From the sequence record MW218148.1: a stretch of DNA of 64,000 bases. One strand, given 5' to 3'. Both the position numbers and the translations under genes were made by a program. Shown piece by piece: positions 1 to 10,480 of this stretch; the stretch's first letter is position 1; the number at the start of each line of letters is the position of its first letter. A model generated the notes under the pieces. The model had not been told where the DNA came from. It did not search any database and saw only the letters and a list, made by a program, of their open reading frames with translations.

Positions 1-1380
1 CATCTGCTAAACAATGCTCATGGATCTGATATTAATATTGAAGATTATAATATTAATGAGTATATTAAAAAGAATCCTGAAACTAAAGTCGGTATTGATA
101 TTTGTTTCTTTGATATTGAGGTTGATGGATCTGAAGTTGTAGGTTTCCCAGTAGCAGGTTCAGCTGAGATCAATATTATAACAGTCGTTGATTGGAGTAA
201 ACGTAAATGTTTAACGTTTGCACTTAAATATGATACAGATAATTATAATGAAGTAATGAGTAAACAAGAAAAGATTAAAGAAGATCTTAATAATATTTAC
301 AATAATAAAGATAGTGAAATTGGTAAAGATTTAGGATTGGAATTTGAGATATATGAATTAGATACAGAAATGAAAGTTATTAAATCATTCTTATACTATA
401 TTAATGAAATTAGTAAGCCGGATATATGTACCGCATGGAATCTAGATTTTGACTTCGCAACTATATTTGAACGTATCAAAGTTAATGGAGAAGATCCAGC
501 AGATTATTTCTGTTCAAGAGATTTAGAAGACAAAAAAGCTTATTATAAACTAGATTTGAAAGCTACAGATATGGCTAATAGATCTTCAACTTTTGAAGCT
601 AATTCATATACTAACTGGATTGACCAATTAGCTTTATATGCAAATATTAATAAACCTAATGGTGCTCTTGAATCTGTTAAATTAAATGACATAGGTGAAA
701 AAGAAGCTGGAGTTAAGAAAGATGTTTATGAAGGTTCTATCTCAGATTTACACTTTAGAGATTATTATACATTTATATTGTATAACATTAAAGATACAGT
801 CTTAACTGCTTTAATTGAATATAACACTAATATGTTTGATTTATTATTCTCAATTGTAGATATGACAAGAACTAGACCGACTAAGGCGCTTAAGAAAACT
901 ATTTGTTTAAGAAATCGTAGTTCAGTATTCTTTGAAAATCAAGGGTACGTATTAAGTAACAATCACTCTAAATTATTGTCAGATCCAAATGCTGGTAAAA
1001 TTCGTGGTGGATTTGTAGCAGATATGAAATTAATTGAACGTAATGGCGATATATTAGTTAAAGGTAAAGATATTAGGTCTAATAGACTATTCACAAATGT
1101 ATGTGACTTTGACTTAAGTTCTCTATATCCATCTATTATTAGAGGATTTAATATAACACCTGAAGGTCATATTGGTAAGATGAATCTAATAGATATAAAT
1201 AGAATGGTTGCACCTAAACAAGAATTGGACAAAGAAAATTATGACTTTAACACTGAATTTGTAAGTAAGTTTAATAGTCAAGATTCTGTAGCATTTGCTC
1301 AAGAGTTTCATGGTTTACCACCTATTCTTGATGCAGTAGATGCTATAGTTGATGAGCTTGATAAAATTGATGTAGGATAA
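1..1380 (+). CDS. Family-B DNA polymerase, N-terminal half (3'-5' exonuclease plus palm motif A); 5'-partial, split polymerase
   Basis: Frame is open from base 1, upstream of the track's 256 start. ExoI CFFDIEVD, ExoII AWNLDFDF, ExoIII YNIKD and motif A DFDLSSLYPS are present. The ORF ends without motif B (KxxxNSxYG) or motif C (YGDTDS). Confidence 0.9.
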   Translation, partial: HLLNNAHGSDINIEDYNINEYIKKNPETKVGIDICFFDIEVDGSEVVGFPVAGSAEINIITVVDWSKRKCLTFALKYDTDNYNEVMSKQEKIKEDLNNIYNNKDSEIGKDLGLEFEIYELDTEMKVIKSFLYYINEISKPDICTAWNLDFDFATIFERIKVNGEDPADYFCSRDLEDKKAYYKLDLKATDMANRSSTFEANSYTNWIDQLALYANINKPNGALESVKLNDIGEKEAGVKKDVYEGSISDLHFRDYYTFILYNIKDTVLTALIEYNTNMFDLLFSIVDMTRTRPTKALKKTICLRNRSSVFFENQGYVLSNNHSKLLSDPNAGKIRGGFVADMKLIERNGDILVKGKDIRSNRLFTNVCDFDLSSLYPSIIRGFNITPEGHIGKMNLIDINRMVAPKQELDKENYDFNTEFVSKFNSQDSVAFAQEFHGLPPILDAVDAIVDELDKIDVG

Positions 1381-1391
1381 GGAAGTGTATT

Positions 1392-2171
1392 ATGGGTATC
1401 ATTATTGAAGAATCAAAAATAGTAAATAAATTAGTTATGACTCTTGAAGAGATATCTAAACTATTTAACAGCTTAGAAGAAGGAAATAAATATATTAAAC
1501 TAGAAAATAATAGAATTGAAAACTATTCTAATCCAAATGATAATCCTAATACAGTTGAGGTTGAAATAAGAGAAGATAATCCTATCTATGATTATCTTCT
1601 TGAAGTAAACCATTGTGTATTTAATGTAGAAGACTTTATAGATGTTAGGAAAAATAAAGCGGATAAGATTGTTAAAATAGAATTCTTTAATGAAGAGAAT
1701 AATAAAGGTATTAAAATAACTAGAGAATCTGACTTAGAGACTATTATAGATGATAGTGAGTTTTATGTAAATGAAGTTGATGAAGTTAATTATGCTTTTG
1801 AAGCTGTTAAATATTTTAGTTCTTTTGAACCATCTATCAATTATTCATTGGAAGAAGAACATTTACTTGGTATTAAAGAGAGAAAACCTTCTGAATTCTT
1901 TAAGTTTATATTTACTGAAGATAAAGTTCTAGTTGAAGATCCTTATTATATTTATGATGAAGAAGATTATTTAATTGATTTTAGAACTTCTAAGAAATAT
2001 CTTCTAGGTTTAAAGTATAAAAAATCTAAGGATAAAGTTGTATGTCCTGAATTTAATATAGATATATACGCACCTGAAACAGATGAATATAGCGAATTAA
2101 TCATGCTAAAATTTACAATTTCCCAAGATAAATTTGTTGCAAAACTCAAAATTTTAGTTTATAATATATAA
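1392..2171 (+). CDS. Acidic hypothetical protein, probably co-transcribed with the DNA polymerase half
   Basis: 259 aa ORF 11 nt after the polymerase stop, with RBS GGAAG; no diagnostic motif. Confidence 0.6.
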   Translation: MGIIIEESKIVNKLVMTLEEISKLFNSLEEGNKYIKLENNRIENYSNPNDNPNTVEVEIREDNPIYDYLLEVNHCVFNVEDFIDVRKNKADKIVKIEFFNEENNKGIKITRESDLETIIDDSEFYVNEVDEVNYAFEAVKYFSSFEPSINYSLEEEHLLGIKERKPSEFFKFIFTEDKVLVEDPYYIYDEEDYLIDFRTSKKYLLGLKYKKSKDKVVCPEFNIDIYAPETDEYSELIMLKFTISQDKFVAKLKILVYNI

Positions 2172-2233
2172 TATGAAAATTTGTTTATAAATTAAGGGAA
2201 ATTTCTAAAAATTTATAAAAGGAGTGTTACCGG

Positions 2234-4690
2234 TTGGCTGATGAAACTAAAACACAGAGAAGTATAGACGGAATCAATCGAGACATGGTTAAAGGATTAG
2301 GTGATGAAGAAAATCCTAAAAATTTATCCAGTAATGTTTCTGATTTCGAGAGTAGGCTTGCGGATATCAGACGTAAAAGTAATTATGGTGGAAGTAATGG
2401 TGATATACTATCACTTTCCACTAAAGTTAATTACAAAGATAGATCTAATAGAAAGAATGTAACTGAACAAGATAAAAAAGATTTTATCAAAGATTTTATT
2501 CAGGATAATATTGAGAATCAAGACTTTAGTTCTGAAATAGCACGTGTATCTAGATACGATGATTATCGTATTATAGATAAATTTATACCTGAAATTTCTA
2601 CTAGTATCGATGTATTTGCCACATCAATTATTGCTCCAGATGATACTTCTAAATTATCTTTAATGTACAGATATGGTGAAGTGCACAACAGTGATGAGAA
2701 AGCAAATAAAGAAATATTGAGTGAAATAGAACGTATTATAGAAAAATATAACTTAGACAATTTAACTTATACATCTGTTAGAGATGGTTTATTATTAGGT
2801 GATGTATTCTATATCATCAAAGATACTAAGAATGACTTTGAAGAAATTCTTAATGAGAATGACGATGTATTAGGAAGGGAATCTGAAGACAATCAAAAAG
2901 TAATTAATGAGTCTTTCATAGACCAAAATATTAATGAGTCTGATTTAGATGTCTTACTTAATGAATTTAACAATCAATTTGAAAAACCTATTAAAGATGA
3001 AAAACAATTACTAGAACAGAGAAATAATTTAAAAAGTGAAATACTGAAAAGTATTAATGAAAATGTAGCTTTCTATGAGAACTCTGCTGAATTATTATCT
3101 GATATGGGTAAATATAAAGGGTCAAATGACTTAAAAGCTTTCTTAGATAAAGCTGATGATAAAAATAAAAGTAGTAAACTAAAATCGGGTTCAGTTTACT
3201 TTAGATCAGTAGAACCTGAAGATATGATCAAATTAGAGATTGATGGTTTATGTATTGGATATATCTACATTGAACCAGATTCAGGAACAGATTTAAGAGG
3301 TGGAGCTAATCCATTATTATCTGCAATGAATGGTTTAATGGGTGATGGATATGAAAAAGGCGGACAAACTGGATCATTCTCAGGTGGAATGGGTATTGCT
3401 AACCTAGATCCTGTTACTGGTAATGTTGCTGGAAACAACACGTCAAACAATTCAAAAAATCCTAATACTGGAATGAATGCTACGTCAGGCTCTTATTATG
3501 AGAATGGTAATACTGTAATGGCTTATCAAGGTTTGGTTGATGTTATTGTTAAAGGTATATCACAAAAGATTAATATGGACTTTGTAAATAAAAATGATTC
3601 ATTTAAAGATATCATATATAGATTAATTCGTAAGAATTATATTATTGAAAATGGTATCAAAATGACATTCTTAGAAGCAGATGAAGTTGTTCATCATAAA
3701 TTAGACAGTCAAAGAACTTATGGTATTTCTAAACTTCACAAATCTTTATTCTTTGCTAAGTTATATCTAAGTACATTAATCACTACTATGATGGTTAAAA
3801 TTAATCAGTCAAGAGATAGACGTGTATTTAGAGTTAACTCTGGTTTAGATGATGATTATGAAGGTACAGTAGAAGAATTAATTCGTAACGTAAGACAAAA
3901 TGAAATGTCTACTGGTATATTTGGCGAAGGTACTTCAGTACAGACAATGTTTAATCAAGTTGGAAATCTTGAGAACATGTACATTCCACAAAATAAAGAA
4001 GGTACATCACCTTTAGAAATAGATACAATTTCAGGTATTCAAGTTGATATCAATGATGACTTTTTAGACTGGCTTAAGAAATCAGTTATATCTGGTACCG
4101 GTGTTCCTTTAAACTATATTGATGCTGAAGCTGAAACTGATTACGCTCGTTCATTATCTATGCAAAATAATAACTTCGTTAGACGTGTAGTTAACTATCA
4201 AAAATCATTTGGTGAGTTCTATACTACTGTTTTAAGAAAACTTTACTACTTAGAAAATAATGTATCTAAGAAGAAAGAAGATTATAATAAATTAATGAAT
4301 GACGTAGAGAATATTGAAGCTTACTTCCCTGCACCAGTATTCTTGAACTTAGGTAACTTAAATGAAGAAGTTGGAGCAGTAACTCAAATGTTAGATTTCT
4401 TATTACCTTTATATACTTCAGAAGCTTCTGGAGATGAACCTGAAGATGATAATGAAAAACTAAAACGTTTATTCCGTAAAGAGTTAGTCCAACAAGAATT
4501 CATGTCTAATCTTGATTATGATCGTTATGAAACTATAATCAATAATATTAAACAGAAAATCAATGAAGATAAGAAACAAGAAGAATTAGGTAAAACTGAT
4601 GAAGGTGAAGATGACGCATTTGGAGGTTCTACTGATACAGGTGGAGCAGACACAGGCGGAGAAGATGACAATCTTGAAGACGACTTTTAA
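2234..4690 (+). CDS. Portal protein (T4 gp20-like)
   Basis: RDRRVFRVNSG...ENMYIPQ..EGTSPLEIDTISG...DDFLDWLKKSVISGTGVP...NFVRRVVNYQKSF parallels the gp20 segments APDRRVWYVDTG / EDYWL / TEVDTLPG / ALRVP / FAKFIRELQHKF. TTG start after RBS AAAGGAG. Confidence 0.85.
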   Translation: MADETKTQRSIDGINRDMVKGLGDEENPKNLSSNVSDFESRLADIRRKSNYGGSNGDILSLSTKVNYKDRSNRKNVTEQDKKDFIKDFIQDNIENQDFSSEIARVSRYDDYRIIDKFIPEISTSIDVFATSIIAPDDTSKLSLMYRYGEVHNSDEKANKEILSEIERIIEKYNLDNLTYTSVRDGLLLGDVFYIIKDTKNDFEEILNENDDVLGRESEDNQKVINESFIDQNINESDLDVLLNEFNNQFEKPIKDEKQLLEQRNNLKSEILKSINENVAFYENSAELLSDMGKYKGSNDLKAFLDKADDKNKSSKLKSGSVYFRSVEPEDMIKLEIDGLCIGYIYIEPDSGTDLRGGANPLLSAMNGLMGDGYEKGGQTGSFSGGMGIANLDPVTGNVAGNNTSNNSKNPNTGMNATSGSYYENGNTVMAYQGLVDVIVKGISQKINMDFVNKNDSFKDIIYRLIRKNYIIENGIKMTFLEADEVVHHKLDSQRTYGISKLHKSLFFAKLYLSTLITTMMVKINQSRDRRVFRVNSGLDDDYEGTVEELIRNVRQNEMSTGIFGEGTSVQTMFNQVGNLENMYIPQNKEGTSPLEIDTISGIQVDINDDFLDWLKKSVISGTGVPLNYIDAEAETDYARSLSMQNNNFVRRVVNYQKSFGEFYTTVLRKLYYLENNVSKKKEDYNKLMNDVENIEAYFPAPVFLNLGNLNEEVGAVTQMLDFLLPLYTSEASGDEPEDDNEKLKRLFRKELVQQEFMSNLDYDRYETIINNIKQKINEDKKQEELGKTDEGEDDAFGGSTDTGGADTGGEDDNLEDDF

Positions 4691-4802
4691 TGATTAACAA
4701 ATTTGAATAATGGATTAATACAATTCATTATTCAAATTTATATTATATAATAGGTAATATCATGAATATTGCTTTCAATTTATTATAAGGAGATAAGAGG
4801 AT

Positions 4803-6719
4803 ATGACAAAAGAAAAAGAAATAGTATTAGAGTTAGATTTAAAAAAGTATAATGAACATTTACATTCGGATAATTACTTTGAATTATTAGAAGAACTTAA
4901 GAAAGACATAATTGACAATCCTCAGAAAAGAATGGAAGATTACTTTGAAGATAATATATCTAAAAGTAATTATTTCACATTATTAGTTTTAGGTAAACCT
5001 TTTAGAGATACTGGAAAAGAATTTACTGAAGAGTACTTAGTTAATCCTGCTGACGTTGATGAATACTATGAATACTTCGATAAAGTAGTAGTAAACTTTA
5101 TTCATGAAGGATATGACTCTAATGAAGTAAGTCAGTCTATAGCATTTATTATTGATGAGTTAACTATATTCTCTAATGAACACATTCTACCATTAGATGG
5201 TCCATCTATTTCTTTATATGATATTATGCGTTTAGCTAATGAGAATGAAGAAATTGCTAAATTAATTAACTTTGATAAGGAAGATATAGATCCTGAACTA
5301 AACTATCAACAGATAATTAATGAAGTACAAAATCCTAATATGTTTAAATTGATTGAACTCATTAAAGATGATAAAGAAAATGACTATAAAACGTTCTTAC
5401 ATTCAGGTACAGGTATTAACAAGATACAATTGAATGAGGTTCTAAGTTTCATTGGTTATAAACCTGATATTAGAGGTGACGTTGTAACTGAAATTATTGA
5501 TACTTCATTTATGCGTGGTTTAAAAGATACAGTTCAATTTGCGATTGATGCAGAATCATCATTAAATGCATTAATGAACTCTAAGAATAAAGTAAGAGAA
5601 TCAGGTTACTTAAATCGTAAGATTACATTATTAACATCTAATTTAAAACTATCAGATACTGAAGATTGTGACAGTAAACACTTTGTATTTGTTAATATGG
5701 ATAGTCAAGATAAATTAGACAGATTTAATGATAGATACTATTATGATGAAAAAGAAGAGAAATTAAAGTTAATTAACTCTTATAAAGATACACACTTAAT
5801 TGGTAATATAGTTGCTTTAAGATCCCCTATTACATGTGCTGAGCCTGGTGGTAAAATTTGTAATACTTGTTATGGTAAACGACTTTATAATATTAATAGA
5901 AATTTATCTGTAGGTATTTTAGCTACATTAAGATTAACTGAACCTATGACTCAGAAATTACTTTCAACTAAACACTTACAGGCTGTTAAATTATCTGAAT
6001 TCTCTTGGCCTCAATCATTTAAAGATAATTTTGAATTCTCTGGAGACAATATTATTCCTCGTAATGAGAAAACAAAAGTAATGATTGATGAAATGATTAT
6101 TAATGAAGACTATGAATATGGTAAATATAAAGCTAATAGTTTCAAATTTAAAGTAGGTAATAAGACACATACAGTTAAATCACCTGTAACTCTTAAAATA
6201 CCAGATCAAAATTATGATACAATAGAAAAATTCTATGATGAAGATGAAAATGCTTATATCTTTAGTATGAAAGACTTAGGAGAAAACTTCTTATTCAATA
6301 TCAAGATTAAAAATGAAGGCGTAGCAGATCCACTTCTTAAAATACGTTCTATTCTTGAAAGTACTAAATTCATTAATAATGATTATGAAGAAAAGAACTA
6401 TCAAGCTATGTTTAATGATGTAACTGACTTATTACTTAAATCAGGTACAGATGTAATGAGTGTTCATTTAGAAACAATTATCAGAAACATGGTATTCTTA
6501 AATGGTGGTTATAAGGACAGAGTTAAATATAAAGACGTTTACTTTGATCCAGAAATCTCATTAAGAAATGTGGGAAGAGCTATATTAAGTTCACCATCTC
6601 CAGTACAGTCATTGATATTTGAAAAAGTAAAAGCTCAATTAAGTACTGAAGAAACAAATAATTTCTTTAGTAAAGATGGAGAATCAATGTTTGATCCACT
6701 ATTTGATTTTGATATCTAG
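4803..6719 (+). CDS. rpoC: Multisubunit RNA polymerase beta' C-terminal subunit, probably non-virion (nvRNAP)
   Basis: Bridge helix KVRESGYLNRKI, Zn site CDSKH..LRSPITC..ICNTCYG and trigger loop EPMTQKLLSTKH. nvRNAP is inferred from size and from a second beta'-C gene lying beside the virion beta gene. Confidence 0.88.
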   Translation: MTKEKEIVLELDLKKYNEHLHSDNYFELLEELKKDIIDNPQKRMEDYFEDNISKSNYFTLLVLGKPFRDTGKEFTEEYLVNPADVDEYYEYFDKVVVNFIHEGYDSNEVSQSIAFIIDELTIFSNEHILPLDGPSISLYDIMRLANENEEIAKLINFDKEDIDPELNYQQIINEVQNPNMFKLIELIKDDKENDYKTFLHSGTGINKIQLNEVLSFIGYKPDIRGDVVTEIIDTSFMRGLKDTVQFAIDAESSLNALMNSKNKVRESGYLNRKITLLTSNLKLSDTEDCDSKHFVFVNMDSQDKLDRFNDRYYYDEKEEKLKLINSYKDTHLIGNIVALRSPITCAEPGGKICNTCYGKRLYNINRNLSVGILATLRLTEPMTQKLLSTKHLQAVKLSEFSWPQSFKDNFEFSGDNIIPRNEKTKVMIDEMIINEDYEYGKYKANSFKFKVGNKTHTVKSPVTLKIPDQNYDTIEKFYDEDENAYIFSMKDLGENFLFNIKIKNEGVADPLLKIRSILESTKFINNDYEEKNYQAMFNDVTDLLLKSGTDVMSVHLETIIRNMVFLNGGYKDRVKYKDVYFDPEISLRNVGRAILSSPSPVQSLIFEKVKAQLSTEETNNFFSKDGESMFDPLFDFDI

Positions 6720-6735
6720 GAACAATTAAATTAAC

Positions 6736-6767
6736 AACCAAACTTCTATTAACTTAGGAGTTTGGTT
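6736..6767 (+). terminator. Stem-loop after the nvRNAP beta' gene
   Basis: AACCAAACTTCT / AGGAGTTTGGTT stem with 8-nt loop ATTAACTT. Confidence 0.55.
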
Positions 6768-6795
6768 ACATTATAAAAATCAGGAGGAATTTATT

Positions 6796-7065
6796 ATGTC
6801 AAATTTATTAGCACAGTATGATTTTGATAACAAAAAACTAGAAGGTCTTATTTTAAAAGAATGTTACAGTTTATTTAATGAAATTAATGACAATGGTGAA
6901 GATGAAGTTTATAGAATTGACAGTTTAGAAGTACATGACGATTATACTCTTTCATTCCTATTAACTAAAAATAATTTACCGACTTCATCTCATTCAATCT
7001 CAATAGAGGATGTTAGTAGCTTTAATGATCTTAATAAACTTATTGTAAAAGATATTAATTCTTAA
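6796..7065 (+). CDS. Small acidic protein, candidate DNA mimic (Ugi-like, see findings)
   Basis: 89 aa, 17 D/E versus 7 K/R, strong RBS AGGAGG. Confidence 0.6.
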   Translation: MSNLLAQYDFDNKKLEGLILKECYSLFNEINDNGEDEVYRIDSLEVHDDYTLSFLLTKNNLPTSSHSISIEDVSSFNDLNKLIVKDINS

Positions 7066-7132
7066 AAAATTAATTTTTTATAATAACTCATAGATATAAA
7101 ATTTTAAAGTAAAAAGGAGAATTTTTATTAAT

Positions 7133-7579
7133 ATGGAAATTTTTAAATTAAAAGAACTAGAAGGCAATCAAGAACAAACAATTGAATTAACTGGTGAGGA
7201 TAAAAATCTTAAAGAAATTAGAGATGCATTCTTTAAATCAAATTCAGGTACTTATATGGTTAATAAAACAATTAATGACAATATCGAGGAATTCTTCAAA
7301 CATTCAAAAGAAGGAATTACTGTTGATGATGTATATAAACTTAATGTAATTGTAGAGGAAGACAAACAAATCACATTAATTAAGGCTGAGAATGACGACC
7401 AATTCTTAAAAGACAAATTCTACATGGTATTTGATATGATGGGACCAGTTCCAGTTTATACTGATTTAGATAATCCTGATTCAACTTTTGATCTTTCAGG
7501 AATGTTTAAAGAAGATGGATTGAATTTCTTTGAAACTATTGAAAAAGTTTTCCCAACTACTATTGAATTAAATCAATAA
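7133..7579 (+). CDS. Hypothetical protein
   Basis: 148 aa ORF with RBS AAAGGAG. Confidence 0.7.
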   Translation: MEIFKLKELEGNQEQTIELTGEDKNLKEIRDAFFKSNSGTYMVNKTINDNIEEFFKHSKEGITVDDVYKLNVIVEEDKQITLIKAENDDQFLKDKFYMVFDMMGPVPVYTDLDNPDSTFDLSGMFKEDGLNFFETIEKVFPTTIELNQ

Positions 7580-7598
7580 GAAAGAAGTTGAGACCAAT

Positions 7599-9146
7599 AT
7601 GGTGGTATTAAATGAAACTAGGAAGATAAAGGTTTCTGTATATCCTACTCGTATATTTGTTGAAAATTACGAGTTAGGATTTTGTTCTGCTATAGAGAAT
7701 TATCTTTCAGTATGGGATAAAATTTATCATAAACATACTTATAAAGCTTTCAATTATGATGAAGATAATAAAACTATATCTTTCCCTTCAGGAATAAATA
7801 TGAAGCTATTATTACAATCATTAAAGAATCATGGTGAAATAGACTATCAAGATTTTAGAACAGTGGAAAATTTATTCTTTAAACCTAAAACTAATTATGA
7901 TGTCAAAATGAATTTCTCTCCTAGAGATTTACTTCAGAAGAAAGCTATTGAGTTTTTGAATTCATTTAGTATATATGAACCATTAACTCAAAAGTTTTTG
8001 TCATTACAAACAGGTGAAGGTAAAACTTTCTGTGCTTTAAAGTCGGTTATCGATAGACAATTAGTTCCTATGATATTTGTCAATAACAATAAACTTAAAG
8101 AGCAATGGAAAGAAAAGATAATCGAATATACTAATGTAGAAGAAGATAGAGTATTCATTATACAAGGTAGGTCTAGTATTAATAAGCTTTTTAAAATGAA
8201 GTCTAAAGAAAGAAATAAGATTGATTTTTATATAGTGATGTATAAGACTTTAAATTCATTTATTCAGGAAGATGAAGAAAGACTTCAAGAATTACTATTG
8301 AAGACTAAAGTTGGCATTAAGATATTTGATGAAGCTCACTTAGATTTTAGAAGCTTAGTCAATATAGACATACAAACGGATTTACCTTCAATATATTTAT
8401 CAGCTACTCCAAGAAGATCTGATAAGTCTGAGAACATGGTGTTTAGTAATATATTTATGAAGACACCTATGTTTACTTCAGATAATTATGATAGACAAAT
8501 AGCTGTTAATAGAAAAATACCTTCTAAATATCATGATGTATTTATTATACGTTGGAACAGTAGTCCTAGTGAAGTTGATTTAGCTGACTTCATGAGTGCT
8601 TCTAAACGTAATGGACTTAATGTAAACCATTATAGTAAATATTTAATTGAAGATAATAAAAGAAGAAATGATTACTTTGATATGATATTCAATATTATAA
8701 GTCAAGTAATTATGAAGGAAGAAGTTAAAAAGACAGTTGTCATGTTTAAATTAAAGAACATGATAGAAGACTTTTATTCTTATCTAGAAGATAAATTAGG
8801 ATCTGAAGGATTAGACTTTTTAAATTGTATAAGGTACTATGACGGTGTTGATAAAGAAGAGAAAGATAAATTGTTAGAATCAAACTTAATTATCACTACT
8901 GATTTATCATTAGGTACTGGTATTGATATACCTGATTTGAAGGCAGTAGTTAATACAGTTCCTTTATCATCTGAAAGTAAAGTTACTCAGATAATGGGTA
9001 GATTAAGATATATAGAAGATGAAAAACTTATGTTCTTTGATTTGATAGATCATGGTTTTAAAAAGTTAGTCACTCAAGGTGGAAATAGACTTAGAAATGT
9101 GTATAAAAAGAAAGCTCTTAATATAACAGACTTTAAAATAAAATAA
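7599..9146 (+). CDS. Superfamily 2 DExH helicase (UvsW-like)
   Basis: Motif I LQTGEGKT, II IFDEAH, III LSATP, V GTGIDIPDL, VI QIMGRLR. Confidence 0.92.
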   Translation: MVVLNETRKIKVSVYPTRIFVENYELGFCSAIENYLSVWDKIYHKHTYKAFNYDEDNKTISFPSGINMKLLLQSLKNHGEIDYQDFRTVENLFFKPKTNYDVKMNFSPRDLLQKKAIEFLNSFSIYEPLTQKFLSLQTGEGKTFCALKSVIDRQLVPMIFVNNNKLKEQWKEKIIEYTNVEEDRVFIIQGRSSINKLFKMKSKERNKIDFYIVMYKTLNSFIQEDEERLQELLLKTKVGIKIFDEAHLDFRSLVNIDIQTDLPSIYLSATPRRSDKSENMVFSNIFMKTPMFTSDNYDRQIAVNRKIPSKYHDVFIIRWNSSPSEVDLADFMSASKRNGLNVNHYSKYLIEDNKRRNDYFDMIFNIISQVIMKEEVKKTVVMFKLKNMIEDFYSYLEDKLGSEGLDFLNCIRYYDGVDKEEKDKLLESNLIITTDLSLGTGIDIPDLKAVVNTVPLSSESKVTQIMGRLRYIEDEKLMFFDLIDHGFKKLVTQGGNRLRNVYKKKALNITDFKIK

Positions 9147-9164
9147 TGAAAGGATTGAGGTATT

Positions 9165-9881
9165 GTGTCAAATATATCTCGTAAAGATGCTATTGATAAC
9201 TATCAATACCTCAATGAATTATTTTTAGAAATCAGACAGGATATTAGAGATTTTTTATCTAATGAATTATTTAAAATTAATAAAACTGATTTCAAAAAAT
9301 CCATCGTAGATAGTATTGAAACAGATTTTAAGGTAATTGAAACTAAAAGTACTGTTAAAATGATGGTAAGAAATAAATTCATTGAATTTGATTTATATGA
9401 AGGTTTTATCATTCTATATGATTTTAGAAGAAATATTGAATTGATAAGAGAAAATATAGATAGAAGAAAAAAAGAAATAAACTTTAAGATAGATAATTTA
9501 TATGGCATGGATGAAGTATATAAAAATAATGAAAATGAATTAAGATCAAAAATTGAAAAATTTGATTCTGAATTAAAAGATAAGATTAAATTAGGTAACT
9601 TTACTAATGCTTTGTTAAATATGTTGGGTATGAGTAATACCTTTAAATTAAGAAAAGAAATAGATAATTGTAATGATGCAATTAATAATCTTCATGATTG
9701 TATAAAGAAAAATAATAGAGAAATTATTAAATTAGAAGATGAGTTAAAAATAATCGGCAATTATGATTATAGATTTTCTAATGAAAGATTTATGTTAAAT
9801 AAGATAAATGAATTCAATCAATATTTCTCTAATGAATATGGATTTGATTTTCATATTAAGTATGAGGAGGACAAAAAATAA
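9165..9881 (+). CDS. Coiled-coil hypothetical protein
   Basis: 238 aa with a heptad-like K/E/I/L-rich central region; GTG start after GAGG. Confidence 0.6.
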   Translation: MSNISRKDAIDNYQYLNELFLEIRQDIRDFLSNELFKINKTDFKKSIVDSIETDFKVIETKSTVKMMVRNKFIEFDLYEGFIILYDFRRNIELIRENIDRRKKEINFKIDNLYGMDEVYKNNENELRSKIEKFDSELKDKIKLGNFTNALLNMLGMSNTFKLRKEIDNCNDAINNLHDCIKKNNREIIKLEDELKIIGNYDYRFSNERFMLNKINEFNQYFSNEYGFDFHIKYEEDKK

Positions 9882-10480
9882 TGAGTGAAGAAATTTTACC
9901 GGCTTTAAATATTGTAGTTTCAGCTGTAACAACTTCTCCTAAAACTAATACAGAATTTATAAATATGACATTTATAGTAGACAATCCTAAATTTAAAGAT
10001 CTGTATTTAGAATTTTCGGATATTGATTTATCAGAAGTATTTAAAAATGAAATGCTTAAAGAGGCATATGAAAAAGGTCAATTATCTGAATATACTAAGA
10101 TTGATCAGACTTTAGATAATTACAACATTAGAATGGTTAAGGATGATACAGTTATTCAAATTCAACGTATCAGAGATTATCTTGAGGGATTATCTGAACA
10201 CGCTGAGAAGTTAGTATTTTGGGTTGATGAGATTACTTTATGGTCTCAATTAATAGAACTAATATATGGAGGGTTATCTGATAATACTTATGAATTACCT
10301 TCTTATATTGACTTTCAACCTATTGACATAAAATCAGTAGTTCGAATGTCAGCTATTAGAGATGATGATTATGCTTATGCAGAAGAATTAATGGGTACAA
10401 GTGAATCACTAACAGATTCATCACTATCTATTTCATCATTCTTATTATCTTTCATTAAAAATGCTGGAATACTAAAATAA
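9881..10480 (+). CDS. DEDDh/RNase AS-like exonuclease-fold protein, apparently lacking catalytic residues
   Basis: Pattern EFINMTFIV..DLYLEF..LVFWVDEITLWSQLIELIYG..LPSYIDFQPIDIKS resembles Rv2179c-type 3'-5' exoribonucleases, but there is no DxE in the first strand. Confidence 0.4.
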   Translation: MSEEILPALNIVVSAVTTSPKTNTEFINMTFIVDNPKFKDLYLEFSDIDLSEVFKNEMLKEAYEKGQLSEYTKIDQTLDNYNIRMVKDDTVIQIQRIRDYLEGLSEHAEKLVFWVDEITLWSQLIELIYGGLSDNTYELPSYIDFQPIDIKSVVRMSAIRDDDYAYAEELMGTSESLTDSSLSISSFLLSFIKNAGILK

